From Chthoniobacterales bacterium (GTDB lineage: Bacteria > Verrucomicrobiota > Verrucomicrobiia > Chthoniobacterales > UBA10450), in assembly GCA_035603575.1 (NCBI GenBank), contig DATNKD010000084.1:2116-66115 (forward strand): 64,000 bases of DNA. The letters are read 5' to 3'. This document shows, piece by piece, positions 28,275 to 37,881 of the stretch (position 1 is the stretch's first letter; every line of letters starts with the position of its first letter). The notes beneath the pieces are model-generated. The model saw only the letters and a program-made list of their open reading frames with translations, was not told where the DNA came from and made no database searches. Made by a program: the position numbers and the translations under genes.

Positions 28275-30992
28275 ATGAGACCAAACTTTCGCCGTGACCG
28301 GCTCGTTTTCGCCGCTTTATTCCTAGCTTTCCAACTCATTTTCGGTTTTGCGCTTGCGGCGCAAAACGTGAATCGAATTACCAAACACGAAGTGGAACGC
28401 CGACAGGCGGCATTGCCGCGCGGCGTGGCAGCGCTGGCGCGCGCGCAAGCGGCGATGCAGACCAGAAATTACGCAGTGGCGCACGACGAATTTCGAAACG
28501 CGCTGAATCTCTTGCCGGACGCCGTCACGTCGGCGAAAGCGCACGACGAAGCGCTGACCGGGTTCTCTGAGAGCGGCGTGAAAGTGGCCGAGCAAAACAT
28601 CGCCGACGGGAAATTTGCCGAAGCCGAATCAGTTGTGCGCGAAATGGTGGAGGATCGCTACGATCCAAATTGCCGGCCGGCGTTGGAGCTGCTCGCGCAC
28701 TTGCAGCAGCCCGGCTACTTCAACAAAACGATGGGGCCGAAGTTCATCGAAAAAGTTGAGGAAGTAAAAAAGCTGCTGGCCGATGCCGACGGTTATTACA
28801 ACTCCGGGCGTTACGATCTCGCCTTTAAGAAATATGAACAGGTCCTGGCGATCGATCCTTACAACACCGCCGCGCGCCACGGCGAAGAGAAGATCGACAA
28901 CACGAAATACAATTACAATCAGGAGGCTTATAACGAAAGCCGCGCGCGCCAGCTCTGGCAGGTTGAGAAGGGCTGGGAACAACCGGTCAAACGATATGGC
29001 AAGACCGTCGAGCCCATGACCGAAGCGTTTCAGCGCGACATTACTGGGACGGCGAGAATTACTCAGAAGCTAAACACGATCATCATCCCACGAGTCGAGT
29101 TTCGTGACGCCAGCGTTCGCGAAGCGATCGATTTTCTCCGGCAACAAGCCGCCGCCAATGATCCTGCGCGTGACGGTAAGAAAGGTGTCGATATCGTTTT
29201 GCGTCTGGCGCCCCTCGGCCAAATCGCACCGCCGCCGATACCAGTCGAACCTGCGCAACCGGCCGCCGGCGCCCCACCACTAGCCGGGGCTGTTCCGCCG
29301 GAAGGTGCGCCTGCGATCGCGACTCCAGTTCCAGCGCGTCCGATTGTTGCGCCGGCCGTGGTCGCGGCGTCTGCGATCTCGCCCGCTGAAGCGCGGATTA
29401 CAATTACGCTCAATCAAATTCCGCTCGGCGAAGCGTTGCGTTACATCGCCAGCCAGGCCGGACTGAAAGTGAAAGTAGAGCCCTACGCGGTTTCGATCAT
29501 TCCGATCAGCGAGCAAAGCAACGACCTGCTCACAAAAGAATATCGTGTGCCGCCCGGATTCATCAGCACGAGCGTGAATCTCGGAGTGTCAGCGCTAGGG
29601 CAGGGTGCGTACAAAACCGGAGCGGCTGCGCCGGCTGCTGCAGGCGCTGCGACAACCGGCACAGGCGAAGGCACACACGAATCGACTGGCGGACATCAAC
29701 TCGTTAATCGTGAAGGCGCGCGAGAATTTCTCGAAAGTCAGGGTGTCCCGTTTCCGCCTGGAGCAAGCGCGCATTTTCTGCCGCAAAGCAGCCGCTTAAT
29801 CGTCCGCAACACCGCCGACAATCTTGAGTTGGTGGATGCGATTGTGGAACAGGCGAGCGTTGCCGGGCCGAAACAAGTCGAGATCGAAGCGAAATTCATC
29901 GAGATCAATCAAAATAATTTGAAAGAGCTCGGGTTCGATTGGCTGCTCGGCCAGTTCAATATCGGGAACCACAAGCTGTTCGGCGGTGGCGGAACCTCCG
30001 GGCAGATAACCGGACCGGGCGTTCCCGCCAATTCTCCCAATTACCCCTTTGCCCCCCCGGGCGGTGTGCCCGTCGGTGAATTTCCGGTTACCGCCGGCAA
30101 CCGCAGCGGCAACCTGGCCATCAGTGCGAACGCGATTGACGCGCTCTTGTTCCCGACTCTGGGAGCAAGCTCGCTCGCGCCGGGAATTTTTGGATTGTCC
30201 GGCGTCTTCACGGATCCGCAATTTCAGGTCGTCATTCGCGCGCTTAATCAAAAGAAAGGGATCGACCTCCTTTCGGCGCCAAAAATTACGACCAAGAGTG
30301 GCCAGCGCGCCGTGATCGAGATCGTGCGTGAATTCCGTTATCCGACGCAGTTTACTGAGCCCAAAGTTCCGGACATTCAGGGAAGAGGCAGTAGTAGTTC
30401 CACGACCACGACGATTGCCTTGCCAGTAGTCGGACCGTCCACGCCTTCGAATTTCGAGACGCGAAATACCGGCGTCACGTTGGAAGTTGAACCGGTTGTC
30501 GGGCCCGACGGCGTCACCATTGATCTAAACTTGGTGCCGCAGGTCGTTGAATTTGAAGGCTTCATTAACTACGGAAGTCCTATCAGGACTGTAAATCCTG
30601 CGTTGCTCGGATTTTCTCCTACGACGCTTCTTGGAACAACGACCCAGGCAATTACTCTGACGGACAACGTCATTAATCAACCGATCTTCAGCACCCGAAA
30701 AGTGACGACCAGTGTCAGTGTCTGGGACGGCCAAACCGTGGTTCTCGGTGGATTGATGCGCGAAGACGTCCAGAAAGTGGAGGACCGCACGCCATTCCTT
30801 GGCGACATTCCGATGGTGGGCCGCCTGTTCCGCACCAATGTCGATCAACACATCAAACGCAATCTCATCATCTTCGTGACCGCGCGGCTGGTGAATCCAG
30901 CGGGTCAACCGGTTAATCAAGCGGAAGAAGAAGAGGAACAGGAAACGGTGCAGCCGCCGGTTTTGCCGGAGATCCCGGCCTATAAAAAATAG
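28275..30992 (+). CDS. Secretin (type II/III secretion system / PilQ family) with N-terminal TPR region and Ala/Pro-rich linker
   Basis: C-terminal secretin blocks: KQVEIEAKFIEI, VWDGQTVVLGGLMRE, PFLGDIPMVGRLFR and NLIIFVTARLV. Confidence 0.9.
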   Translation: MRPNFRRDRLVFAALFLAFQLIFGFALAAQNVNRITKHEVERRQAALPRGVAALARAQAAMQTRNYAVAHDEFRNALNLLPDAVTSAKAHDEALTGFSESGVKVAEQNIADGKFAEAESVVREMVEDRYDPNCRPALELLAHLQQPGYFNKTMGPKFIEKVEEVKKLLADADGYYNSGRYDLAFKKYEQVLAIDPYNTAARHGEEKIDNTKYNYNQEAYNESRARQLWQVEKGWEQPVKRYGKTVEPMTEAFQRDITGTARITQKLNTIIIPRVEFRDASVREAIDFLRQQAAANDPARDGKKGVDIVLRLAPLGQIAPPPIPVEPAQPAAGAPPLAGAVPPEGAPAIATPVPARPIVAPAVVAASAISPAEARITITLNQIPLGEALRYIASQAGLKVKVEPYAVSIIPISEQSNDLLTKEYRVPPGFISTSVNLGVSALGQGAYKTGAAAPAAAGAATTGTGEGTHESTGGHQLVNREGAREFLESQGVPFPPGASAHFLPQSSRLIVRNTADNLELVDAIVEQASVAGPKQVEIEAKFIEINQNNLKELGFDWLLGQFNIGNHKLFGGGGTSGQITGPGVPANSPNYPFAPPGGVPVGEFPVTAGNRSGNLAISANAIDALLFPTLGASSLAPGIFGLSGVFTDPQFQVVIRALNQKKGIDLLSAPKITTKSGQRAVIEIVREFRYPTQFTEPKVPDIQGRGSSSSTTTTIALPVVGPSTPSNFETRNTGVTLEVEPVVGPDGVTIDLNLVPQVVEFEGFINYGSPIRTVNPALLGFSPTTLLGTTTQAITLTDNVINQPIFSTRKVTTSVSVWDGQTVVLGGLMREDVQKVEDRTPFLGDIPMVGRLFRTNVDQHIKRNLIIFVTARLVNPAGQPVNQAEEEEEQETVQPPVLPEIPAYKK

Positions 30993-31032
30993 TTTTGCTA
31001 ACCGAAGACCAAAGCTTCCGAGATCTCCGAAC

Positions 31033-31053
31033 TCGACTGCTTTAAACGGTCAA
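31033..31053. repeat. Copy A of 21-nt palindromic motif TTGACYGCTTWAARCGGTCRA
   Basis: TCGACTGCTTTAAACGGTCAA overlaps the stop codon of the wHTH gene, between convergent genes. Confidence 0.55.
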
Positions 31054-31457
31054 GTTTTCCGCGGCTTCGAAAATAGATTCCATTTCATCGGACGATCGGC
31101 AGGCAACGCGCGAGCTTTTGTTCGACGGCGGTGCCGCGTTCCACGGTGTCGGTGCAATAGAGAGTAGTCTGTTGGTGGAGCTTGCTCGCTCTTCTCGACA
31201 ATCCGGACGAGGTCCGTGAAAAGCGCGTGATCGCGGTTAGCGCTGTAAAATCGGTGGTAACGGTTTGACCAACTAGTAACAAGGTGAAGCGCGCTGAGCT
31301 TACGAAGCTCATCCTGAACTGTGGAAAGCGTGAGGCCGCTCATTCTCATTAACTCGCGCACATAGCGTTCCTTCTGCGGCAACCCGAAAAGCAAGCGCAA
31401 CATCTCGGCGCGCACGCGCGGGAATAACACTTCCAAAACGGTACATGGTTTTTTCAT
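31050..31457 (-). CDS. Winged helix-turn-helix (ArsR/MarR-like) transcriptional regulator
   Basis: RYVRELMRMSGLTLSTVQDELRKLSALHLV is an HTH plus wing pattern. The C-terminal tail is basic. Confidence 0.65.
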   Translation of the reverse strand: MKKPCTVLEVLFPRVRAEMLRLLFGLPQKERYVRELMRMSGLTLSTVQDELRKLSALHLVTSWSNRYHRFYSANRDHALFTDLVRIVEKSEQAPPTDYSLLHRHRGTRHRRRTKARALPADRPMKWNLFSKPRKT

Positions 31458-31479
31458 GACTGTGAAACGAAGATTAAAC

Positions 31480-31500
31480 TTGACCGCTTAAAGCGGTCAA
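31480..31500. promoter_or_regulatory. Copy B of the palindrome; candidate operator 23 nt upstream of the wHTH start
   Basis: TTGACCGCT-taa-AGCGGTCAA has perfect 9 bp arms and lies in the divergent wHTH/coaE spacer. Confidence 0.4.
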
Positions 31501-31573
31501 GCGCGAGCGACCCGGAACTCCGCGGTAACTTGTTTTCTTCTGTTACAAAAACGGCGGCGTTAGATTGTGGGTG

Positions 31574-32185
31574 ATGCCAGCTATAGGGATCACCGGGGGA
31601 GTTTCCACGGGCAAGAGCACGTTTTGTGAGTGTCTTAAGGAAATTCTTCCCGCCGCCAAATTTTTCGATGCCGATGACGTCGCCCGTCAACTTGTCGATC
31701 TTGAAGAGGTTAAACAGGAGCTGCTCGCCCAGTTCGGGTTCGGCATTTTTTTGCGTAACGGCGACTTGAATCGGGAGGCAGTTCGCACCATAATCTTCCA
31801 GGACGCGGCTAAAAAAAGCGCGCTCGAACAAATTCTCCATCCCCGGATTCGCCGGCAATGGAGCGTTGAAGCGGATAAGCACCGCACATCTCCTGAATTT
31901 TTCTTCGCAGACATTCCACTTCTTTATGAAACCGGTGGTGAAACCTTGTGCGACCGCGTGGTGGTCGTGGCCTGTTCGCCTGAGATCCAGCTCGCCAATC
32001 TCATGCGGCGAATGGAGATCGCGCGCGCGGCGGCCGAAGCCATGATCAAATCGCAAATGCCTCTCGAAGAAAAAATCAAACGGGCCGATCACGTTACCTG
32101 GAACAACGGCGATCGAACTGTGCTCGCAGCCCAGGCGGCGAGTCTGGTGGACCTGTGGCGTCAGGAAAAATGGACAAAAAGTTAA
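31574..32185 (+). CDS. coaE: Dephospho-CoA kinase
   Basis: IGITGGVSTGKST P-loop at the N-terminus and DIPLLYE. The ATG at 31574 is preferred over the TTG at 31565. Confidence 0.85.
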   Translation: MPAIGITGGVSTGKSTFCECLKEILPAAKFFDADDVARQLVDLEEVKQELLAQFGFGIFLRNGDLNREAVRTIIFQDAAKKSALEQILHPRIRRQWSVEADKHRTSPEFFFADIPLLYETGGETLCDRVVVVACSPEIQLANLMRRMEIARAAAEAMIKSQMPLEEKIKRADHVTWNNGDRTVLAAQAASLVDLWRQEKWTKS

Positions 32186-33549
32186 CAGACGAAACCGCAG
32201 AACCTGTGGAGGCAAATGCCAGTCCGGCTCGGACCGTCTCGCCTGCGGATTCGACCGATGCAGCCGAGGCGGCTGCCGTTAAAGTTGCACCGTCGGCACG
32301 GGAGTTGAGCATCAACGAACTCGAGAAGCTCGACGATCTCTTGCCGGTCGCGCGCGATTTCAATTTGCACTTGCATCCGGCGCGTTCGCGCCATCATCAC
32401 ATTCTCGATATTGCGCGGGCTGCGCTTGGCCAGGGCGCGAACGTCACTGCCGAAGGTTTTGTCGATCAGGTTGGCGATTCGTTTGGGTTATTGCGGTATC
32501 CCGAATTGAATTTTCTGCCGGTGCCGGAGGACGTTTACGTACCACGGGCAGCGATGGAGCTTTATCATCTGCGGCCGGGGCAAAAGCTCTCTGGCAAACT
32601 GCGCCTGCCTCGCGATCGCGAAAAAGGCCTCGTGCTGGACGACGTCATCACGATCGAGGGCGAGCCCGCCGAAAAATGGAGTGAGCCGACCGATTTCGAA
32701 AAATTGACGCCGCAGTTTCCGCAGGGGCGGATCATGCTCGAAAATCCGAAGACGAATTCGATCTGCGCGCGGGGAGTCGATCTGCTGGCACCGCTTGGCC
32801 ACGGGCAGCGCGGGTTAATTGTGGCGCCGCCGCGTGTGGGCAAAACGATCTTGCTCAAGGAAATCGCCAAGGCGATTCGGGTAAATCACCCCGAGATTGT
32901 TCTCATTCTTCTCCTCGTAGACGAGCGGCCGGAGGAAGTGACCGATCTCGAGCGCGAGGTCGATTGCCAGATTTATCATTCCAACTTTGACGAGAACGTG
33001 ACCCGACACGTGCAGGTGGCGGAGATGGTGCTCGAGCGGGCGAAGCGTTTGGTCGAAATGAAAAAAGACGTGGTGATTTTGCTCGACAGCCTGACCCGCC
33101 TCTCGCGCGGTTACAACAGTTTGCAGCCGGGCAAAGGACGGATCATGTCGGGCGGCGTCGAAGCAAAGGCGTTGACTAAGCCGAAGAAATTTTTTGGATC
33201 GGCCCGCAATGTCGAAGAAGGCGGTAGCCTCACCATTCTCGCGACTGCGCTCACCGAAACCGGCAGTCGCATGGACGAATTGATTTTCGAGGAATTCAAA
33301 GGCACCGGTAATATGGAGCTGCATCTCGACCGCGCATTGCAGGAGAAGCGGCTTTATCCAGCGATTCATCCGCTGCTTTCGGCGACGCGGCGCGAGGACC
33401 TGCTTTACCACCCGGAAGAATGGGAGCGGGTGCAGCTTTTGCGAAAAGCGATGGCCGCGCTGCCGCCGATCGAAGCGATGGAAAAGTTGATCGACAACCT
33501 GAACGCGACCAAAACCAACGCCGAGCTGCTCCTGAGCGGATTGAAGTGA
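32155..33549 (+). CDS. rho: Transcription termination factor Rho
   Basis: RNA-binding domain [15 protein letters not shown]. ATPase blocks [28 protein letters not shown] and [14 protein letters not shown]. The start could be the ATG at 32170. Confidence 0.95.
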   Translation: MASGKMDKKLTDETAEPVEANASPARTVSPADSTDAAEAAAVKVAPSARELSINELEKLDDLLPVARDFNLHLHPARSRHHHILDIARAALGQGANVTAEGFVDQVGDSFGLLRYPELNFLPVPEDVYVPRAAMELYHLRPGQKLSGKLRLPRDREKGLVLDDVITIEGEPAEKWSEPTDFEKLTPQFPQGRIMLENPKTNSICARGVDLLAPLGHGQRGLIVAPPRVGKTILLKEIAKAIRVNHPEIVLILLLVDERPEEVTDLEREVDCQIYHSNFDENVTRHVQVAEMVLERAKRLVEMKKDVVILLDSLTRLSRGYNSLQPGKGRIMSGGVEAKALTKPKKFFGSARNVEEGGSLTILATALTETGSRMDELIFEEFKGTGNMELHLDRALQEKRLYPAIHPLLSATRREDLLYHPEEWERVQLLRKAMAALPPIEAMEKLIDNLNATKTNAELLLSGLK

Positions 33550-34628
33550 TCGCGACTTCCTCGCAGCTTCGCGAGCTGCTTCCACAACTTAAATCAGTCA
33601 ATCGGGTGGCGCTCGATACCGAAGCCGACAGTCTTCACTGTTACCGAGAAAAACTTTGTCTGCTTCAGATCAGCACGCCGGAGCGCGACGTGATTGTCGA
33701 TCCCCTGGCCGATGTCGATCTTGCGCCGTTGCGAGACGCGCTCGCGAATAAGGAAATCGTCCTGCATGGCGCCGATTACGACCTGCGATTGCTCCGGCGG
33801 AATCTGGGGTTCGTGCCGCAAAGAATTTTCGATACCGTGCTTGCCGCGCGCCTGATCGGCATCCACGAATTCAGTCTGGCCGCGCTCGTGCAGCGTTATT
33901 TTCAAATCGAGCTGGCGAAGGGATCGCAAAAAGCGAATTGGGCGCAGCGCCCGCTTCCCACGCGCATGGCCGAGTACGCGGTCAACGACACGCGTTATTT
34001 GTTGCCGTTGGCGGAGCAATTGGAAACCGAATTGAAATCGCGAAATCGAATGGAGTGGTTTCGGCAGTCGTGTCAGCGCGCGCTCGAGCAAGCCGCGATC
34101 GATCGCGAGCGCGATGTCGATGAAGCGTGGCGAATTTCCGGGGCGGGCGCGTTGCGTGGTCGAGCGTCCGCGATCTTGCGCGAATTGTGGAATTGGAGAG
34201 AGAAGGAAGCCGAAGCCGCCGATCGTCCGCCGTTTCACATTTTACAGAACCGCGAGTTGCTGCACTCGGCCGAACGGTTCGCCGCGGGCGAATCTCCCGA
34301 CTACAAACATTTTTCCGACCGCCGCCGCCGCGCTTTTCTGGAAGCAGCCGCTCGCGCGTTGCAATTGCTGGAAAAAGATTGGCCGGTCAGGCCGCGCCGT
34401 TCTGGAACGCGCGCGACTGCTGAAGTTGTAAAGCGAATCGAACAACTTCGCCGCAATCGCGATCACGCCGCAAAAGATTTGCAGATTGACTCTTCCTTGA
34501 TCGCCCCGCGCGCGACCTTGGAAGTAATCGCCGCCGATGAAACACGCGCAAGCGCGCTGCTTGTGTCGTGGCAGCAGAAGCTGCTCGGCATTTCACAAGT
34601 CAGAGGTCGGAGGTCAGAGGTCAGTTGA
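33546..34628 (+). CDS. rnd: Ribonuclease D (DEDDy 3'-5' exonuclease plus HRDC)
   Basis: ALDTEADSL, HGADYDLRLL and YAVNDTRYL exonuclease motifs. The GTG start overlaps the rho stop; the upstream part of the ORF-track entry is discounted. Confidence 0.8.
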   Translation: MIATSSQLRELLPQLKSVNRVALDTEADSLHCYREKLCLLQISTPERDVIVDPLADVDLAPLRDALANKEIVLHGADYDLRLLRRNLGFVPQRIFDTVLAARLIGIHEFSLAALVQRYFQIELAKGSQKANWAQRPLPTRMAEYAVNDTRYLLPLAEQLETELKSRNRMEWFRQSCQRALEQAAIDRERDVDEAWRISGAGALRGRASAILRELWNWREKEAEAADRPPFHILQNRELLHSAERFAAGESPDYKHFSDRRRRAFLEAAARALQLLEKDWPVRPRRSGTRATAEVVKRIEQLRRNRDHAAKDLQIDSSLIAPRATLEVIAADETRASALLVSWQQKLLGISQVRGRRSEVS

Positions 34629-34701
34629 ACACGCGCTATCGGTTCGCTGCATCAGCTTGGTTAGGCCGCCCACGAGCGCAAAGCCTTCTCCACAAGCGGA
34701 G

Positions 34702-35526
34702 TTAGCCCCGCTGGATGTCGAGCGGCAAGACGGTGTCCATGATCGAAGCCCCGCCATCCACGTGGAGGATTTGGCCGGTAATAAAGCTCGCTTCATCCAT
34801 GCACAGTAGCATCGCGGCGTTGCCGACATCTTCCGGGGTGCCCAACCGACCCATTGGGGTCCAGCCGCCCTCGTGCCAGACTCGGATCGCCTCTTGGATC
34901 TCTTGCGGCAAAACGCGCAAGACACCCCCCTCAACCACATTGGGTGGACCGAAAACGCCCCCGGGACTGATGCCATTGACAGTGATCCCTCGTAGCGCTA
35001 GGGCCACAGCGAAGTAGCGAACCAGCGATTCCATCGCTGCCTTGGCGGCACCCATGGCAACCCATGGCTGCCAGCTCCCTGTGCGGCCGCCGGGGCTGTA
35101 AGTAATGGCAAGGATCCTGCCCCCATCGCGCATGAGGCGGGCTGATTCCTGGGCTCCCAGCAGGAACGCCCGGGCCTGGGAGTCGAGCGCCATGTGCCAT
35201 TGTTCAAGCGTGATGTCCAAAGGCCGCCGGTAGAAGCCCGGCAGATCCGGCCGTGCGTTGCTGACGAAGATATCGAGCTTTCCGAATTCGCCTTGAACCT
35301 TGCGAAACATCTCGGTGATCGGTTCTGGACGTGTTACGTCGGCTTGAACGACGAAGCCGTCGGAACCTCGCTTGCGGACTTGGGCAAGCGTGTCATTCGC
35401 AGCGCGCTCGTTTTGGTAGTAGTGAATTGCGATCTTGACGCCGGTCTCCGCCAGTTTCAGCGCAATTCCTCTTCCGATCCCGCGCGAACTCCCAGTGATC
35501 AGTGCGCGCTTTCCATCGAGTGCCAT
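34702..35526 (-). CDS. SDR-family oxidoreductase (FabG/FabL-like)
   Basis: ITGSSRGIGRGIA cofactor motif, the catalytic region around AMGAAKAA, and ISPGGV. Confidence 0.8.
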   Translation of the reverse strand: MALDGKRALITGSSRGIGRGIALKLAETGVKIAIHYYQNERAANDTLAQVRKRGSDGFVVQADVTRPEPITEMFRKVQGEFGKLDIFVSNARPDLPGFYRRPLDITLEQWHMALDSQARAFLLGAQESARLMRDGGRILAITYSPGGRTGSWQPWVAMGAAKAAMESLVRYFAVALALRGITVNGISPGGVFGPPNVVEGGVLRVLPQEIQEAIRVWHEGGWTPMGRLGTPEDVGNAAMLLCMDEASFITGQILHVDGGASIMDTVLPLDIQRG

Positions 35527-35669
35527 ACAAAGCTCTTCCGGTTACGTGATCTAACGACACCAAGATGAAGCCCGACGCTTGGGCGCGCAAGGGACAGGGG
35601 GAATGTTTTCTACTTTTAATTCCTACTTTCCACTTCGTCTTAATCAGAGAGTGCGTACGTGTTTTGGAA

Positions 35670-37298
35670 TCAGTCGACGTATTTTTGCGCGATCGGCATC
35701 CGGCGGCCGAGCCCGAACGCGCGGCTCGTGACTTTTAATCCGGGCGCGGCTTGCTCGCGCTTGTATTCATTGAGATCGACGCGGCGTTGGACCCAGCGGA
35801 CGGTTTTTTCGTCGAACCCGCGCCCGATGATGTCGCGCGCGCTCAAGTTGTCCTCGACGTAGAGCCGCAGAATCTCGTCCAGCTTTTCGTACGGCGGCAG
35901 CGTGTCCTGGTCTTTCTGGTTCGGCTTCAATTCTGCGCTGGGCGGCTTTTCGATTGTCGATCCTGGAATGATCTCTTTTTGCCGATTTATCCAGCGCGCG
36001 AGCTCGTAAATCATTGTCTTCGGCACATCGCTGATCACGGCGAGACCACCGGCCATGTCCCCGTAAATCGTGCAATAACCGACCGAGAGCTCGCTTTTGT
36101 TTCCAGTTGATAAAACCAGATGCCCGAATTTGTTGGAGAGCGCCATCAGCGTCATCGCGCGCAGACGCGGTTGCATGTTCTCCTCGGTCTCGTTTTCCGG
36201 CAGTCCGGAAAAGACTTCCTTAAACTGGCCTTTGAAGACGGCGAACATTTCCGCGATCGGGATGTGCAATAATTTGATCCCGAGATTTTTCGCCAGCTTC
36301 TTCGCATCGTCGATGCTGCCGTGCGACGAATACTGGCTCGGCATTGAAACGCCGACGACGTTTTCCGCGCCGAGCGCGTCAGCGGCGATCACGGCTACGA
36401 CCGCGGAATCAACGCCGCCGCTGAGTCCGAGCACGGCCGATTTGAAATTGCACTTTCGCAGATAATCGCGCAGGCCTAACGAAAGCGCGGGGAAAAGCTG
36501 CTCCGGTGTCGATTCATCCCGAAACTCCACGGCCGTGGTCGAATCGCTATCGACGATCTGTTCGTGTTCGCGAAACGCGGGCAGTTGCGCGATCAAACCG
36601 CCAGACGCATTCACTGCAATGGAATTACCGTCGAAAATGAGCTGATCGTTGCCGCCGACGGCGTTGCAGTAAAAGATGGGGCGCTTGTAAGTTCGCGCGA
36701 GCGTCGCGACCATTTCATAACGGATCGCCGGTTTGTGCAATGTGAACGGTGACGCGCTCAAGTTGAGAATCACGTCGGCGCCTTGTTCGATCAGACTCCG
36801 GGTCGGTTCGCAGTCGTAAAGCGGGCGGGGGAGATAATGTTCGGTCCAAATATCCTCGCAAATGGTGACACCGATTTTTTTCCCGTTCAGGTCGAAAGGC
36901 TCGACGCGGGCCGCCGGTTGAAAATAACGGTCCTCGTCGAAGACGTCGTAAGTTGGCAAAAGCGATTTGTGGGCTTTGCGAATCGGCTCTCCGGGCGCAA
37001 GCAGCGCAGCCGCGTTATGAAATGGGCGGCCACGGCCTTCGTTCCGGTCGACAAAGCCGACCAGCAACGCTGCCTTCCCGATCCGGCGATGAAGTTCCTC
37101 CACAATCTCGAGCGTTTCCGGAACGAAGCGCGACTTGAAGACAAGGTCCTGTGGCGGATACCCGGTGATCGCAAGTTCGGGCGTGACAATGAGTTCAGCG
37201 CCGGCCGCGGCCAATCGTTCGTAAGATTGGACGATTTTCTCGAAATTACCCCGCAAGTCGCCCACGGCGGCATTGAGCTGGGCGAAGCCGACTTTCAT
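35670..37298 (-). CDS. nadE: Glutamine-dependent NAD+ synthetase
   Basis: N-terminal nitrilase/CN-hydrolase domain (VGFAQLN, VTICEDIW) and C-terminal NAD synthase domain (LGLSGGVDSAV). Start taken at MKVGFAQ. Confidence 0.9.
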   Translation of the reverse strand: MKVGFAQLNAAVGDLRGNFEKIVQSYERLAAAGAELIVTPELAITGYPPQDLVFKSRFVPETLEIVEELHRRIGKAALLVGFVDRNEGRGRPFHNAAALLAPGEPIRKAHKSLLPTYDVFDEDRYFQPAARVEPFDLNGKKIGVTICEDIWTEHYLPRPLYDCEPTRSLIEQGADVILNLSASPFTLHKPAIRYEMVATLARTYKRPIFYCNAVGGNDQLIFDGNSIAVNASGGLIAQLPAFREHEQIVDSDSTTAVEFRDESTPEQLFPALSLGLRDYLRKCNFKSAVLGLSGGVDSAVVAVIAADALGAENVVGVSMPSQYSSHGSIDDAKKLAKNLGIKLLHIPIAEMFAVFKGQFKEVFSGLPENETEENMQPRLRAMTLMALSNKFGHLVLSTGNKSELSVGYCTIYGDMAGGLAVISDVPKTMIYELARWINRQKEIIPGSTIEKPPSAELKPNQKDQDTLPPYEKLDEILRLYVEDNLSARDIIGRGFDEKTVRWVQRRVDLNEYKREQAAPGLKVTSRAFGLGRRMPIAQKYVD

Positions 37299-37596
37299 CA
37301 CGCAAATTATGCGCGGGTGAGCCAGCGGCAATCGTCTTTTGTGCTACTTAATCGGATCGAGGACCGCGCGGTGCTTGTAGCCTTTATTCAAGGCGTCGTC
37401 GGCGCCCTCGACGAAAACCCTTGCCCATTCGATGAGGCTGGCGGCAAGGAAACCGGCGAAGGCGCAGATGAGGACTTTCTGGAAGAAGGTCGCGTGCACT
37501 CCTTTTTAACAGCAACGATAGTGCCAGTGGCGAAGCTCTTTATAGATTGCTTCGACAATGTGAGTTCGGCACGGGAGTTGCAGAATTCTCCCTGCC

Positions 37597-37857
37597 ATGG
37601 CTGATCCCGCTAAGCTCAAAGCCGATGAGATGGATCCCGGGAGTTTGTCCCGATTGCTCGAACTGGAGCTGATTCAAAAGCGCGCCACGTGGAAACAAGC
37701 GGCCGAGCGCTACCGTGCGTTTCGCGCCGCCGGCTTCGTTTTCCTCTTCGTCCTAATCGTCGGCTGCCTCATCGGCGGTTACTTTGCCTTCCTTCGCGTG
37801 AGCGAAACACGACAACGTCAGCCAACCGCCGCCACCAGTTCCACTTCGGACCGTTGA
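37597..37857 (+). CDS. Small single-TM hypothetical protein
   Basis: 86 aa with TM segment AAGFVFLFVLIVGCLIGGYFAFL. A 10-mer copy abuts the stop. Confidence 0.4.
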   Translation: MADPAKLKADEMDPGSLSRLLELELIQKRATWKQAAERYRAFRAAGFVFLFVLIVGCLIGGYFAFLRVSETRQRQPTAATSSTSDR

Positions 37858-37881
37858 TGTCGATCTTGCGCGGAGGAATAA

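Noticed and set aside
31454-32215. 253 aa minus-strand ORF
   Set aside because: It is antisense to coaE and the start of rho, and it conflicts with two well-supported genes.
32815-34238. Minus-strand ORFs 32815..33585 and 33594..34238
   Set aside because: They are antisense shadows of rho and rnd.
36783-37604. 273 aa plus-strand ORF
   Set aside because: It is antisense to nadE for most of its length and has no recognisable domain.
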